This document shows, in pieces, positions 28,164 through 37,093 of a stretch of 64,000 bases of DNA; within the stretch, counting starts at the first letter, position 1, and every line of letters starts with the position of its first letter. This DNA comes from Bacteroidota bacterium (GTDB lineage: Bacteria > Bacteroidota > Bacteroidia > NS11-12g > UBA955). The stretch lies in assembly GCA_016868785.1 (NCBI GenBank), contig VGFS01000002.1, forward strand, positions 26,380 to 90,379, read 5' to 3'. The position numbers were made by a program, and so were the translations under genes. The notes under the pieces are model-generated. The model searched no databases, was not told where the DNA came from, and saw nothing but the letters and a program-made list of their open reading frames with translations.

Positions 28164-29603
28164 ATGATGATTTTTCCTGTTGGAAACTTGAGAAAACGAG
28201 TATTGGCCTCTGTGGCCATGGGTTTGCTTTCTGTGGGGGTTGTGCTTGCGCAGGGCGGTGCTACACCGGCGGTAAATCTGCACGCCGATGAGCCTTGTGG
28301 TTTTGTAACGGTGTTGCAGCAATTGGAGCAACAGTATCCGGGTTTCAAGGCGAATTACGACTTGCAGACGCAGCGTGCGAAGGAATCGGATGCGCAGAAA
28401 TTGGCGTTGCAGGGGTTGGACCGAAGGAAAAAGATCATCCGTGATACGTTGTATTACTACGACACGGTGTACACCATTCCGGTGGTATTTCATGTGATTT
28501 ACAATGTGGCCAACGAGAATTTGCATGATTCGCTGATCATTTCTCAGTTGGAGGTGTTGAACCGAGACTTCAATCGGTTGAATGCCGATACGGTAAAAAC
28601 GCGTGCTATTTTTAAGTCGCGCGCGGGAACCGCGCGCATACAGTTTGAGTTTGCCAAGGTAGACCCCAACGGGGTGGCCACCACGGGCATTGTCAGGAAG
28701 TTGACGAGCAAAGCCACGTTTGCTTCAACCGGGGGCAGTATTCAAGATTTGATGAAGGCCACGGTTACGGGGGGCAACGACCCTTGGGACCCCACCAAAT
28801 ATTTGAACATTTGGGTGTGTGATTTGAGCGTGAACAACCAGGACAATTTGTTGGGTTATGCGTTTCCGCCATATGGTCATCCATCATGGACGAGTAGTTC
28901 TTGGGTGGCAGATAGCAGACAAGGAGTTGTATTGCACTACAAGGTGGTGGGCCGCAACAATCCAAGGGCTACTGGCGCCATTGCTTCATCGAACAAAGGC
29001 AGGTGTGCGGTGCACGAGGTGGGTCATTTCTTTGGGTTGCGTCATATTTGGGCCGATGACCAATATTCGGTAAACAAGTGCTTGGTGGATGACTATATCG
29101 ACGACACCCCATTGCAGGGCATAGGTGCGGGTTTTACCTGCAATTTGGGTGGCAACACGTGTGTGGAGCCGAAGAACGACATGCCCGACATGTTCGAGAA
29201 TTACATGGATTATTCTACCGAGGCTTGTCAGAACATGTTCACAAGGCAGCAGGTGCAGATGATGCGCACATCGATCACGGATTTCCGCACGGAGTTACCG
29301 ATTAAGCGGGAGATTATCACAAGGATGCGGATTTTTGACACGGTGGTGTACGACGAGGTATTGATTTATCCGGTGGATACGGAGTCGGATGTGGTGGTGG
29401 AGATCCGCAACGAGGACATTTTGGAACAGTTGGACGTTCAGTTTTTTGATTTGTTGGGCAGGAAGGTGACGGAAGTCTACAAATTGAGCAAAAATGAAAC
29501 CCGGTTCGACACCCAAACGTGGGCTTCTGGGTACTACGTGGCGGTGTTAAAACGCACCTCTGACGGCAAGGTGATTCGCAAGCAGAAGTTGTTTGTGGAC
29601 TAA
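28164..29603 (+). CDS. M43 (ulilysin/pappalysin) zinc metalloprotease with T9SS-type C-terminal domain
   Basis: Signal peptide, pro-region CG, IPVVFHV, YLNIWV, HEVGHFFGLRH, ENYMDYS Met-turn, CTD with FDLLGR...SGYY...KL. Confidence 0.92.
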   Translation: MMIFPVGNLRKRVLASVAMGLLSVGVVLAQGGATPAVNLHADEPCGFVTVLQQLEQQYPGFKANYDLQTQRAKESDAQKLALQGLDRRKKIIRDTLYYYDTVYTIPVVFHVIYNVANENLHDSLIISQLEVLNRDFNRLNADTVKTRAIFKSRAGTARIQFEFAKVDPNGVATTGIVRKLTSKATFASTGGSIQDLMKATVTGGNDPWDPTKYLNIWVCDLSVNNQDNLLGYAFPPYGHPSWTSSSWVADSRQGVVLHYKVVGRNNPRATGAIASSNKGRCAVHEVGHFFGLRHIWADDQYSVNKCLVDDYIDDTPLQGIGAGFTCNLGGNTCVEPKNDMPDMFENYMDYSTEACQNMFTRQQVQMMRTSITDFRTELPIKREIITRMRIFDTVVYDEVLIYPVDTESDVVVEIRNEDILEQLDVQFFDLLGRKVTEVYKLSKNETRFDTQTWASGYYVAVLKRTSDGKVIRKQKLFVD

Positions 29604-31130
29604 TTAAAGTTCACGTCTCAACCGCGCCACGGGGATGCCAAGTTGTTCGCGGTATTTGGCCACGGTTCTGCGGGCGATATTGTAGCCTTTTTCTTTGAGC
29701 AGGTCCATGAGGGCTTCATCGGTGAGGGGTTTTCCTTTGTCTTCTTGTCCGATGGCATCCCCCAAAATCTTTTTGATTTCGCGGTTGCTGACTTCTTCCC
29801 CTTCTTCGTTGGTAAGTCCTTCGGAGAAGAAAAATTTCAGCGGGAAGATCCCGAAATCGGTTTCCACGTATTTGCTGTTGGCCACGCGGGAGATGGTGGA
29901 GATATCGAGTTCTACTTGTTGGGCGATGTCTTTGAGAATCATGGGCCGCAGTTTGGTTTCATCGCCTCCTTCGAGGAAGAATTCGCGCTGACGTTGTACG
30001 ATGGCTTGCATGGTTTTCATGAGCGTATTTTGTCGTTGTTTCACGCTATCAATGAACCATTTGGCGCCATCTACTTTTTGCTTGATGTATTGAACGGCAT
30101 CGCGGAGTTGTTTCTCTTTGTGGGCGCTGGACTCATAGGCCTTGAGGGTTTCCACATAGGAGGCGCTGAGGCGCAGTTCGGGGGCATTTCTGCCATTGAG
30201 TCTGACCTGTAGCACACCATCGTCGTTGCTGACGGAGAAGTCGGGCACGATGTACTGCGTTTTCACGCTCACGCTGCCGGTTTCACCGGGTTTGGGGTTG
30301 AGTTTGAGGATCTCGTTCATGGCGGCTTTGAGCTGCTCATCGTTGATCTTGAGACTCTTTTTTATTTTGTCGTAGTGTTTTTTTGTGAAGGCCTCGAATT
30401 GCTCTGCGAGCAATTTCTCGGCCAAGTCAATGGCTGGATTGTCGCCATAGTCTTTTTTATACAACTGCAGCAACAAGCACTCTTGCAAGTCACGGGCAGC
30501 AATCCCTGGGGGGTCAAAGTTTTGGATTTTGATGAGCAGTCGCTCGAGTTTCGTTTCGGTGGTTAGGATGTTTTCGTTGAAGGCGAGGTCATTGACGATG
30601 CTGCGGAGTTCGCGACGCAAGTAACCATCGTCTTCGATGCTACCGATGAGGTGGTAGACGAGTTCGAGTTCTTGGTCTTCGAAGATGGCGCGGGCTTGCT
30701 CGTAGAGGTACTCGTGGAAGGTACTTTGCGCCGCCATGGGCATGTCTCGCTGCTCCTCACCATTGTAATCCTCGCCCATGCGGAAGCTGGAGTAATCGTC
30801 GTCGCCCCCGGCGCGCAGGAGTTCGTCTACGTTGATGTCTTGACTGTATTCGTCGTAGTCGCTGTTGACGTTCAGGTCTTCTGCGTCGAAATTGTCTTTG
30901 GATTCGTCGGATTTTTCGTTGCGCAGTTCTTGGTTGCGTTCTTCCGGACTTCTGTATTCTAGACTGTCGTTCTCACTCTCAAGATTTTCTAGTGCGGGAT
31001 TGTCGAGCAGCTCCTGACTCACTTTTTCCTCAAAGTCTTGGGTGTTGAGTTGCAGCAGCTTGATGAACTGAATCTGCTGGGGACTCAGCTTTTGCAGAAA
31101 CTTTTGCGATAACTCTTGTTTGAGGGCCAT
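29604..31130 (-). CDS. rpoN: RNA polymerase sigma-54 factor
   Basis: LKQ.LSQK..QKLSPQQIQ..KLLQL, DISTISRV, RpoN box ARRTVAKYRE. Start ATG 31130, with TATATTTG at 31142-31135. Confidence 0.97.
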   Translation of the reverse strand: MALKQELSQKFLQKLSPQQIQFIKLLQLNTQDFEEKVSQELLDNPALENLESENDSLEYRSPEERNQELRNEKSDESKDNFDAEDLNVNSDYDEYSQDINVDELLRAGGDDDYSSFRMGEDYNGEEQRDMPMAAQSTFHEYLYEQARAIFEDQELELVYHLIGSIEDDGYLRRELRSIVNDLAFNENILTTETKLERLLIKIQNFDPPGIAARDLQECLLLQLYKKDYGDNPAIDLAEKLLAEQFEAFTKKHYDKIKKSLKINDEQLKAAMNEILKLNPKPGETGSVSVKTQYIVPDFSVSNDDGVLQVRLNGRNAPELRLSASYVETLKAYESSAHKEKQLRDAVQYIKQKVDGAKWFIDSVKQRQNTLMKTMQAIVQRQREFFLEGGDETKLRPMILKDIAQQVELDISTISRVANSKYVETDFGIFPLKFFFSEGLTNEEGEEVSNREIKKILGDAIGQEDKGKPLTDEALMDLLKEKGYNIARRTVAKYREQLGIPVARLRREL

Positions 31131-31247
31131 AGCACAAATATAGGCAAGGGCGCCCAAATAACAAATATCGTGCCAAAAATTTTAAACCCTTTTCTTATCT
31201 TTGTGCAAGCAATTTTTCAGACAACGCCAATAAACCATCGTTATAGC

Positions 31248-32792
31248 ATGAGCACACCAGATTTTACGTCTCCTTCCACTGTGATACAGGATTTGAAAAG
31301 CCAGATTGGCCAATCGGTTATTTTGCGTGGTTGGGTGGCCAACAAGCGCGAGGGCAAGGGCATTGTATTCATCATTTTCCGCGATGGTACAGGATACTGT
31401 CAGTGCGTTGTAACGGCCGAAACGGCCAGCGAGTCTTTTTTGGAGGCGGCACAGTCGGTGAGTTTGGAGACCAGTGTGGTGTTGAAGGGGTTGGTGCTAT
31501 CCGATGAGAAACAGGTGGGCGGGGTTGAGTTGCAGGTGACGTCGGTGGAGGTTGTGGGTGTATCGGAGAACTATCCGATTGCGAAGAAGGAGCACGGCAT
31601 TGAGTTTTTGATGGACCAGCGACATTTGTGGTTGCGCAGCACGCGTCAGTGGGCCATTATGCGCATCAGAAACACCATCATTTACGCGATCCACGAGTAT
31701 TTCCAGGGTGAGGGTTTTGTGCAGATGGACGCGCCCATTTTCACGGGCAATGCTTGTGAGGGTACGAGCACTTTGTTTGAAACCGATTTTTATGGCGAGC
31801 CGGCGTTTTTGAGTCAGAGCGGACAGTTATACGGAGAGGCGATGGCCATGGCGATGGGTAGGATTTATACGTTTGGTCCCACGTTTCGGGCGGAGAAGTC
31901 GAAGACGCGCCGGCACTTGTCGGAGTTTTGGATGATTGAGCCGGAGATGGCGTTTTACGACATTTTCCAGAACATGGATTGCATAGAGGGCTTTTTGCAG
32001 CATGTAGTGGGCAGGGTATTGGAGAAGTGCGAGCAGGAGTTGGAAACGATTGGCAGAGACACGGCTGTTTTGAAGAGCAGTTTGGGCACTTTCCCACGGA
32101 TGACCTATGACCAGGCGGTTCGGATTATCAAGGGTGAGGAGGACGTGAACGGGGTAAACAGCATAAAAAGTTTGGAGGAGGAGTTGTTGCGTTCTGAACA
32201 GCAGTTGGTGGCGATAGATGCGGAGATTGCGGAGCGTGAGGCGAAGGTGGCCACGCCGGGGATGAAGAAGGGGGAGATCAATTTCCATCAGACGAAGATT
32301 ACACAGTTGAAGCAGGAGAAGGCGGACGTGGAGGAGGATTTGCGGAACATACCGCAGTGGATTGCGAGTGCGAGGAATTTCGAGTATGGAAACGATTTTG
32401 GGGGGTCGGACGAGACGGTATTGACGCGGTTGTTTGACCGTCCGGTGATGGTCTACGACTGGCCACACGAGGTGAAGGCATTTTATTTGAAGCGGAATCC
32501 GCAGGACGCGCGCTTTGCGCGGGGTGTGGATGTGTTGGCGCCGGAGGGGTATGGAGAGATTGTGGGTGGCGGCGAGCGGGAGACGGACGTGGAATTGTTA
32601 ACGTCGAAGATCCAGGAACACGAGTTGCCGATGGAGGCGTTTGAGTGGTACTTGGATTTGCGCAGGTACGGGTCTGTACCACACGCGGGTTTTGGGTTGG
32701 GCTTGGAGCGTTTGGTTACGTGGGTGTGCAAGTTGAAGCACGTACGCGAGAGCATTCCATTCCCACGGATGTACGGCAGATTGACGCCTTGA
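31248..32792 (+). CDS. asnS: Asparagine--tRNA ligase with coiled-coil insertion
   Basis: OB anticodon domain, RHLWLRS, LSQSGQLY.E, FRAEKSKTRRHLSEFWMIEPE, GEIVGG.ERE, WYLDLRRYG.VPHAGFGLGLER. Confidence 0.95.
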   Translation: MSTPDFTSPSTVIQDLKSQIGQSVILRGWVANKREGKGIVFIIFRDGTGYCQCVVTAETASESFLEAAQSVSLETSVVLKGLVLSDEKQVGGVELQVTSVEVVGVSENYPIAKKEHGIEFLMDQRHLWLRSTRQWAIMRIRNTIIYAIHEYFQGEGFVQMDAPIFTGNACEGTSTLFETDFYGEPAFLSQSGQLYGEAMAMAMGRIYTFGPTFRAEKSKTRRHLSEFWMIEPEMAFYDIFQNMDCIEGFLQHVVGRVLEKCEQELETIGRDTAVLKSSLGTFPRMTYDQAVRIIKGEEDVNGVNSIKSLEEELLRSEQQLVAIDAEIAEREAKVATPGMKKGEINFHQTKITQLKQEKADVEEDLRNIPQWIASARNFEYGNDFGGSDETVLTRLFDRPVMVYDWPHEVKAFYLKRNPQDARFARGVDVLAPEGYGEIVGGGERETDVELLTSKIQEHELPMEAFEWYLDLRRYGSVPHAGFGLGLERLVTWVCKLKHVRESIPFPRMYGRLTP

Positions 32793-32919
32793 TTTGGTGA
32801 AGAATTCAGTTTACCATTGATATTATTGGAATAAAAACAGAGGATTTAACGAATTACAACTTGCTGTTTATCAATATTTTAATAAAAATTTTTGCCTTTT
32901 CCACACTTTGTTAACATTT

Positions 32920-32942
32920 AAACAAACTTGTTGGTATATTTG
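32920..32942 (+). promoter_or_regulatory. Imperfect palindrome (candidate TetR operator) overlapping -7 element
   Basis: AAACAAACTTGTTGGTAT (12 of 18 positions self-complementary) overlapping TATATTTG 32935-32942, just upstream of the TetR gene. Confidence 0.4.
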
Positions 32943-32950
32943 CTCCCCCT

Positions 32951-33703
32951 ATGAGCACATCTACACGACAATTGATCCTGCAACGTTGCTTTGAAGCGAT
33001 ACAGGCCAAGGGATTTGAGACCTTGCGCACCGATAAAGAGATCGCCCGTTTGAAAATCACCAAAGGTGCATTTTATCATTATTTTCCCAACAAGGCGGAG
33101 TTGGGATATGCGGTGGTTGATGAGGTGATGTTACCCTATTACGAGCAGAAATGGGCGAGTTTGGCCAATATTGAAATTGGTGTTGCTAAGGCCTTGATCG
33201 CTGTATTAGAACAAGAGAAAACCAAAGCTACAGAGACGAGTATCAAACGTGGTGACGTTTTAACCAACATGATCTTAGAAATGAGTCATGTTGATGATAT
33301 TTTTAGACAAAAGCTTGAAGTAGTGAATGAAGTTCAGGTTAAAATTATCCAGAAGGCCATTATGTCGGGCAGAATCGCTGGCGAATTAAAAAACCAAACC
33401 GATGCACGTTCAATGGCCTTGTACATAGTAGGACAGTTGATGGGTTGCTACACCATTTCTAAGGTACGTGCTTCCAAAGAAACGTTTGTGAGCATGGTGG
33501 GTACCATGCAGAAACAGTTGAAAGATGTTTTGGTGGCTGAAACAGCGGCTAGCAAGGTATCGGATGTGACGGTGAATACGGTAACGTCTCCTTCAGGAGA
33601 CAGGCCAAAGAGCACCATTGGGGTGGTGAATCCTTTTGCCAAGCCTGAGGAGAAAACGGAAGAGAAGTCGACCCGAGGTGGGTGGTTCTCTCGCAACCGT
33701 TAA
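32951..33703 (+). CDS. TetR/AcrR family transcriptional regulator
   Basis: N-terminal HTH TR..IL......I..KGF.....ITKGAFYHYFPNK.ELG, LmrA/YxaF-like C-domain, plus a low-complexity tail. Confidence 0.9.
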   Translation: MSTSTRQLILQRCFEAIQAKGFETLRTDKEIARLKITKGAFYHYFPNKAELGYAVVDEVMLPYYEQKWASLANIEIGVAKALIAVLEQEKTKATETSIKRGDVLTNMILEMSHVDDIFRQKLEVVNEVQVKIIQKAIMSGRIAGELKNQTDARSMALYIVGQLMGCYTISKVRASKETFVSMVGTMQKQLKDVLVAETAASKVSDVTVNTVTSPSGDRPKSTIGVVNPFAKPEEKTEEKSTRGGWFSRNR

Positions 33704-33780
33704 TAAACAAGGATTCAAGGATGCCGCGGGTGTTGTTAGTTGCTCCCTGCGGTGAAATCCAAGAAACAAATAGCTCAAAG

Positions 33781-33811
33781 AAAAAGGGCTTCCGCGAGGA
33801 AGCCCTTTTTT
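33781..33811. terminator. Bidirectional intrinsic terminator
   Basis: AAAAAGGGCTTCC-GCGA-GGAAGCCCTTTTTT between convergent TetR and S46 genes. Confidence 0.9.
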
Positions 33812-33832
33812 CGTTAATGAGTTAATCTGAAA

Positions 33833-36001
33833 TTATTTCACGATAGTCATTTCGTCGATCAGGTGCTTGGCGCCGCCCAATTTTTCAACGATGAACAACG
33901 TGTAACGAACGTCTAAGCTGATGGTGCGCTGAACCTTGGGTAGAAATGCGAAATCAGAGCTGATCGCTTCCCAGTTGCCGTCGAAGGCGGTACCAATCAA
34001 CTCGCCTTTGGCGTTCATCACAGGACTTCCGCTGTTACCACCGGTGATGTCGTTGTCGGTTAGGAAGCAAGTGTGCAACTCGCCATCTTTGTCGGCATAC
34101 TGACCGAAATCGCGGGCGCGAATCAAGGCCAATAAGGGTTGTGGTGCGTCGAATTCGAAATCGCCGGCTTTGTATTTCTCCAAAATGCCTTTGGCAGTGG
34201 TGAAATAAGAATAGCTCACGGCATCACGGGCGTCGTAAGCCTTCACGGTTCCGTATGTCAAACGCATGGTACCATTGGCATCGGGGGCCATGGTGATGTT
34301 GTTGCTGGCCGACATCTCCAATTGGGCCGACAAGAACAAGCGGTTGGCGCGGTCGAGTTTGCTGTTGATGCCATCGAAAACGGGTTTCATATCAACCCGC
34401 AATTTGTTTACGTAACCGTTGGTGATCTTGTACAATAAATCGGCTTCCAACTTGCTGGCAGAGGGTTTGGCCAAGAATTTCGCCAAGCGCTCTTTGCTGG
34501 TGAAGATGGATTTGGCGAACAACAACTCGGCAATGGCTGCATAGTTGCGCTTGTTTTTAACCACCAAAGCAGTAAAATCAGCGGGCAATTGGGCAGGATC
34601 CAAATCTTCGTAGAGGTGTTTCAATACTACGGCCAACACCTCTTTTTCGATGCTTGGGTAGAACTCTTTATACATCTCATCCAAACCACGCAAAATGGCG
34701 CGAGATGAAGTGTCTTTGGCATTGGCTTTCAAGGCATCGGCGAGTCCCTTGAATGAAAGGGCAAAGCTCATGGCTTGGCTGTTAGAGATTCCGTCTTGGA
34801 AGTACACGGGGTACAATCCGTAAGTGTACAATTCGCGGTAGGCCTCGTCGTACAGAGAAGTTACATCCCCGTACACATCGGTCTTTTTGTTTTCACGCAC
34901 CCAACGCTCAAACGCCAATTCGGCATTTTTGCGGGTATCGTAGAGTCCGTTGGGCTTGGCCAAATCGTTGGCTTCACCGTTGAATTTGTTCCAGTAGTTG
35001 CCGATGCTGGCCAAACGGTCTGAGTACATCAATCGCACCGACTCGTCTTGCTTCATGTAGGTTTCGTAAACATCCATGATGTCGCGACGCAATTGCACAC
35101 GCATGGGGCGTTCTTTGCTGGCCAAGTATTTGATGCCTTCGCTGTAGGTATAGCGGGTGGTACGGCCTGGGTAGCCCATGATCATGGCGTAATCACCGTC
35201 TTTCATGCCCCCGATGTTGATGGGCAGGTGGTGCGCTGGGGCAAAGGGTTTGTTGGCAGCATTGAAGTCGGCCGATTTGTTATTTCCATTTGCATAAATG
35301 CGGAACATGCTGAAGTCGCAGGTGTGACGGGGCCAACGCCAGTTGTCGGTCTCCCCACCAAATTTACCCACACTTTCTGGGGGAGTTCCTACCAAGCGGA
35401 TGTCGCGGTAAACTTCATAGTACATTGCCAGGTATTGGTTTCCGTTGTAGAACGATGAAATTTCCACCACGTAGTTGTTGCGTTCTTCGCCCAATGCAGC
35501 GATCACGGCTTCTTTGGTTTTGGCGATTTGCGCGGCCACGGCTTTGGCGCGGGTGGCTTCGTCTTGGTTGATGGCGATGCCGCCGAGTACTTGGCTGGTT
35601 ATGTCTTCAATTTTGCGCAACAATCCGATGTTGAAATTGGCGGGGCGTTCTGCTTGCTGGTTGGCGGCCCAGAAACCATTTTTCAAGATGTTGTCTTGGT
35701 TGGTAGAAAGCTCTTGGATGGCTCCGTAACCACAGTGGTGGTTGGTGAGGAACAATCCTTGTTTGGAGATGACTTCGCCGGTGCAGAACATCCGACCTTG
35801 CTTCGACATCAAACGCACGATGGCGTCTTTCACGGAGGCTTGGTTGATGGAGTAGATGTCTTCGGCAGACAATTTCAATCCGCGGGCTTGCATGGGATCT
35901 TGGATCTTTTGCAGCAAGGTGAGCGGCCACATGCCTTCATCGGCCCGCAGCTGGAATAATGCTGAGAAGGCCAAGGCCAAACTTAATATGCGTTTTTTCA
36001 T
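33833..36001 (-). CDS. S46 family dipeptidyl peptidase (DPP7/DPP11-like)
   Basis: ADEGMW, TNHHCG, FGGETDNW.WPRHT.DF, GYPG.T.RY, PDAN.T.RL.YG, DITGGNSGSPV, FDGNWE. Start ATG 36001 gives a clean signal peptide. Confidence 0.95.
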   Translation of the reverse strand: MKKRILSLALAFSALFQLRADEGMWPLTLLQKIQDPMQARGLKLSAEDIYSINQASVKDAIVRLMSKQGRMFCTGEVISKQGLFLTNHHCGYGAIQELSTNQDNILKNGFWAANQQAERPANFNIGLLRKIEDITSQVLGGIAINQDEATRAKAVAAQIAKTKEAVIAALGEERNNYVVEISSFYNGNQYLAMYYEVYRDIRLVGTPPESVGKFGGETDNWRWPRHTCDFSMFRIYANGNNKSADFNAANKPFAPAHHLPINIGGMKDGDYAMIMGYPGRTTRYTYSEGIKYLASKERPMRVQLRRDIMDVYETYMKQDESVRLMYSDRLASIGNYWNKFNGEANDLAKPNGLYDTRKNAELAFERWVRENKKTDVYGDVTSLYDEAYRELYTYGLYPVYFQDGISNSQAMSFALSFKGLADALKANAKDTSSRAILRGLDEMYKEFYPSIEKEVLAVVLKHLYEDLDPAQLPADFTALVVKNKRNYAAIAELLFAKSIFTSKERLAKFLAKPSASKLEADLLYKITNGYVNKLRVDMKPVFDGINSKLDRANRLFLSAQLEMSASNNITMAPDANGTMRLTYGTVKAYDARDAVSYSYFTTAKGILEKYKAGDFEFDAPQPLLALIRARDFGQYADKDGELHTCFLTDNDITGGNSGSPVMNAKGELIGTAFDGNWEAISSDFAFLPKVQRTISLDVRYTLFIVEKLGGAKHLIDEMTIVK

Positions 36002-36082
36002 AATATAATTACCGCAAATTAACTCTTTTTTGGCCATAACTTTTTCCCCTTTTGTAGCCCAAAAAGCGGGAAATTTGAGGGG

Positions 36083-37093
36083 ATGGCATTAGTGACCTAT
36101 ACCGAGTTGGGCTTTTACTGTGCGCAGGCCGATTTATATATCGATCCGTTGCGTCGGGTGGCCAAGGCGTTGGTGACCCATGCCCACAGCGATCATGCCC
36201 GTCCGGGTATGCAGCACTATCTCTGTCATTCCGATTCGGTGGGTATTCTCAAACTCCGCCTCGGACAGCGTATTTCGTTGCAATCGATGGGGTATGGCGA
36301 GTCGATTTGGATGAATGGGGTGGAGGTTACGTTGTTTCCGGCGGGACATGTGCCAGGGAGTGCCCAAGTGCGGTTGTCGTACCGCGGTGAGGTCTGGGTG
36401 ATCACCGGTGATTACAAAACGGTGGGGGATGGACTTTCGCCTGCTTGGGTGTCGGTGCGATGCCACCATTTGGTCACAGAGAGCACGTTTGCACTGCCCA
36501 TTTTCCAATGGCGGGATCAGCAGTTGGTGTTTGATGAAATCAATGCTTGGTGGCGGGGGAATGCGGCGGCGGGACGGCCATCGGTATTGTTGGGGTATTC
36601 TTTGGGGAAGGCGCAGCGGATATTGAAGTATTTGGACCGCTCGGTGGGTGAGGTTGTTTGCCACGGCGCCATCAGCGCTTCGAACCGGGTATTGGAGTCG
36701 GCCGGATTCGATTTCGGTCCTTGGGTTGACGCTACTGAGGGTTTGTCGGGTTTACGGGCTGGCGGAAGGGTATTGGACGGTAGTTTGGTTGTTTGTCCGC
36801 CGAACGCCTTGCGTTCGGCTTGGATCACGCCCTTGGGAAACTATGCGTTGGCCAATTGCAGCGGGTGGATGGCGGTGAGTAAGTCGGGCGATTGGGGCGG
36901 GGTTGACAAGGGGTTTGTGTTGAGCGATCATGCCGACTGGCCGCAATTGTTGGAGGCGGTGCGGGCTTCGGGCGCTGAGCATGTGCATGTGACGCATGGG
37001 TTCAGTGAGACTTTGTCGCGCTACCTCCGCGAAACGATGGGCTTGGACGCCGATGTGGTGGAGCAGGCGATGTGGGAAAGGACGGAAGAATGA
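36083..37093 (+). CDS. Ligase-associated DNA damage response exonuclease (MBL/beta-CASP)
   Basis: G.YC..AD.YIDP, THAHSDHAR, PAGHV.GSAQVR, GDYK, TESTF.LP.F.W, YSLGKAQR, SGWM, LSDHADW, VTHG. Confidence 0.92.
   Translation: MALVTYTELGFYCAQADLYIDPLRRVAKALVTHAHSDHARPGMQHYLCHSDSVGILKLRLGQRISLQSMGYGESIWMNGVEVTLFPAGHVPGSAQVRLSYRGEVWVITGDYKTVGDGLSPAWVSVRCHHLVTESTFALPIFQWRDQQLVFDEINAWWRGNAAAGRPSVLLGYSLGKAQRILKYLDRSVGEVVCHGAISASNRVLESAGFDFGPWVDATEGLSGLRAGGRVLDGSLVVCPPNALRSAWITPLGNYALANCSGWMAVSKSGDWGGVDKGFVLSDHADWPQLLEAVRASGAEHVHVTHGFSETLSRYLRETMGLDADVVEQAMWERTEE

Noticed and set aside
37072-37089. GKDG at the start of the listed ligase-like ORF as a possible catalytic KxDG motif
   Set aside because: The spacing is wrong, it lies upstream of the likely ATG 37090 within the exonuclease gene, and it is in the wrong domain position.
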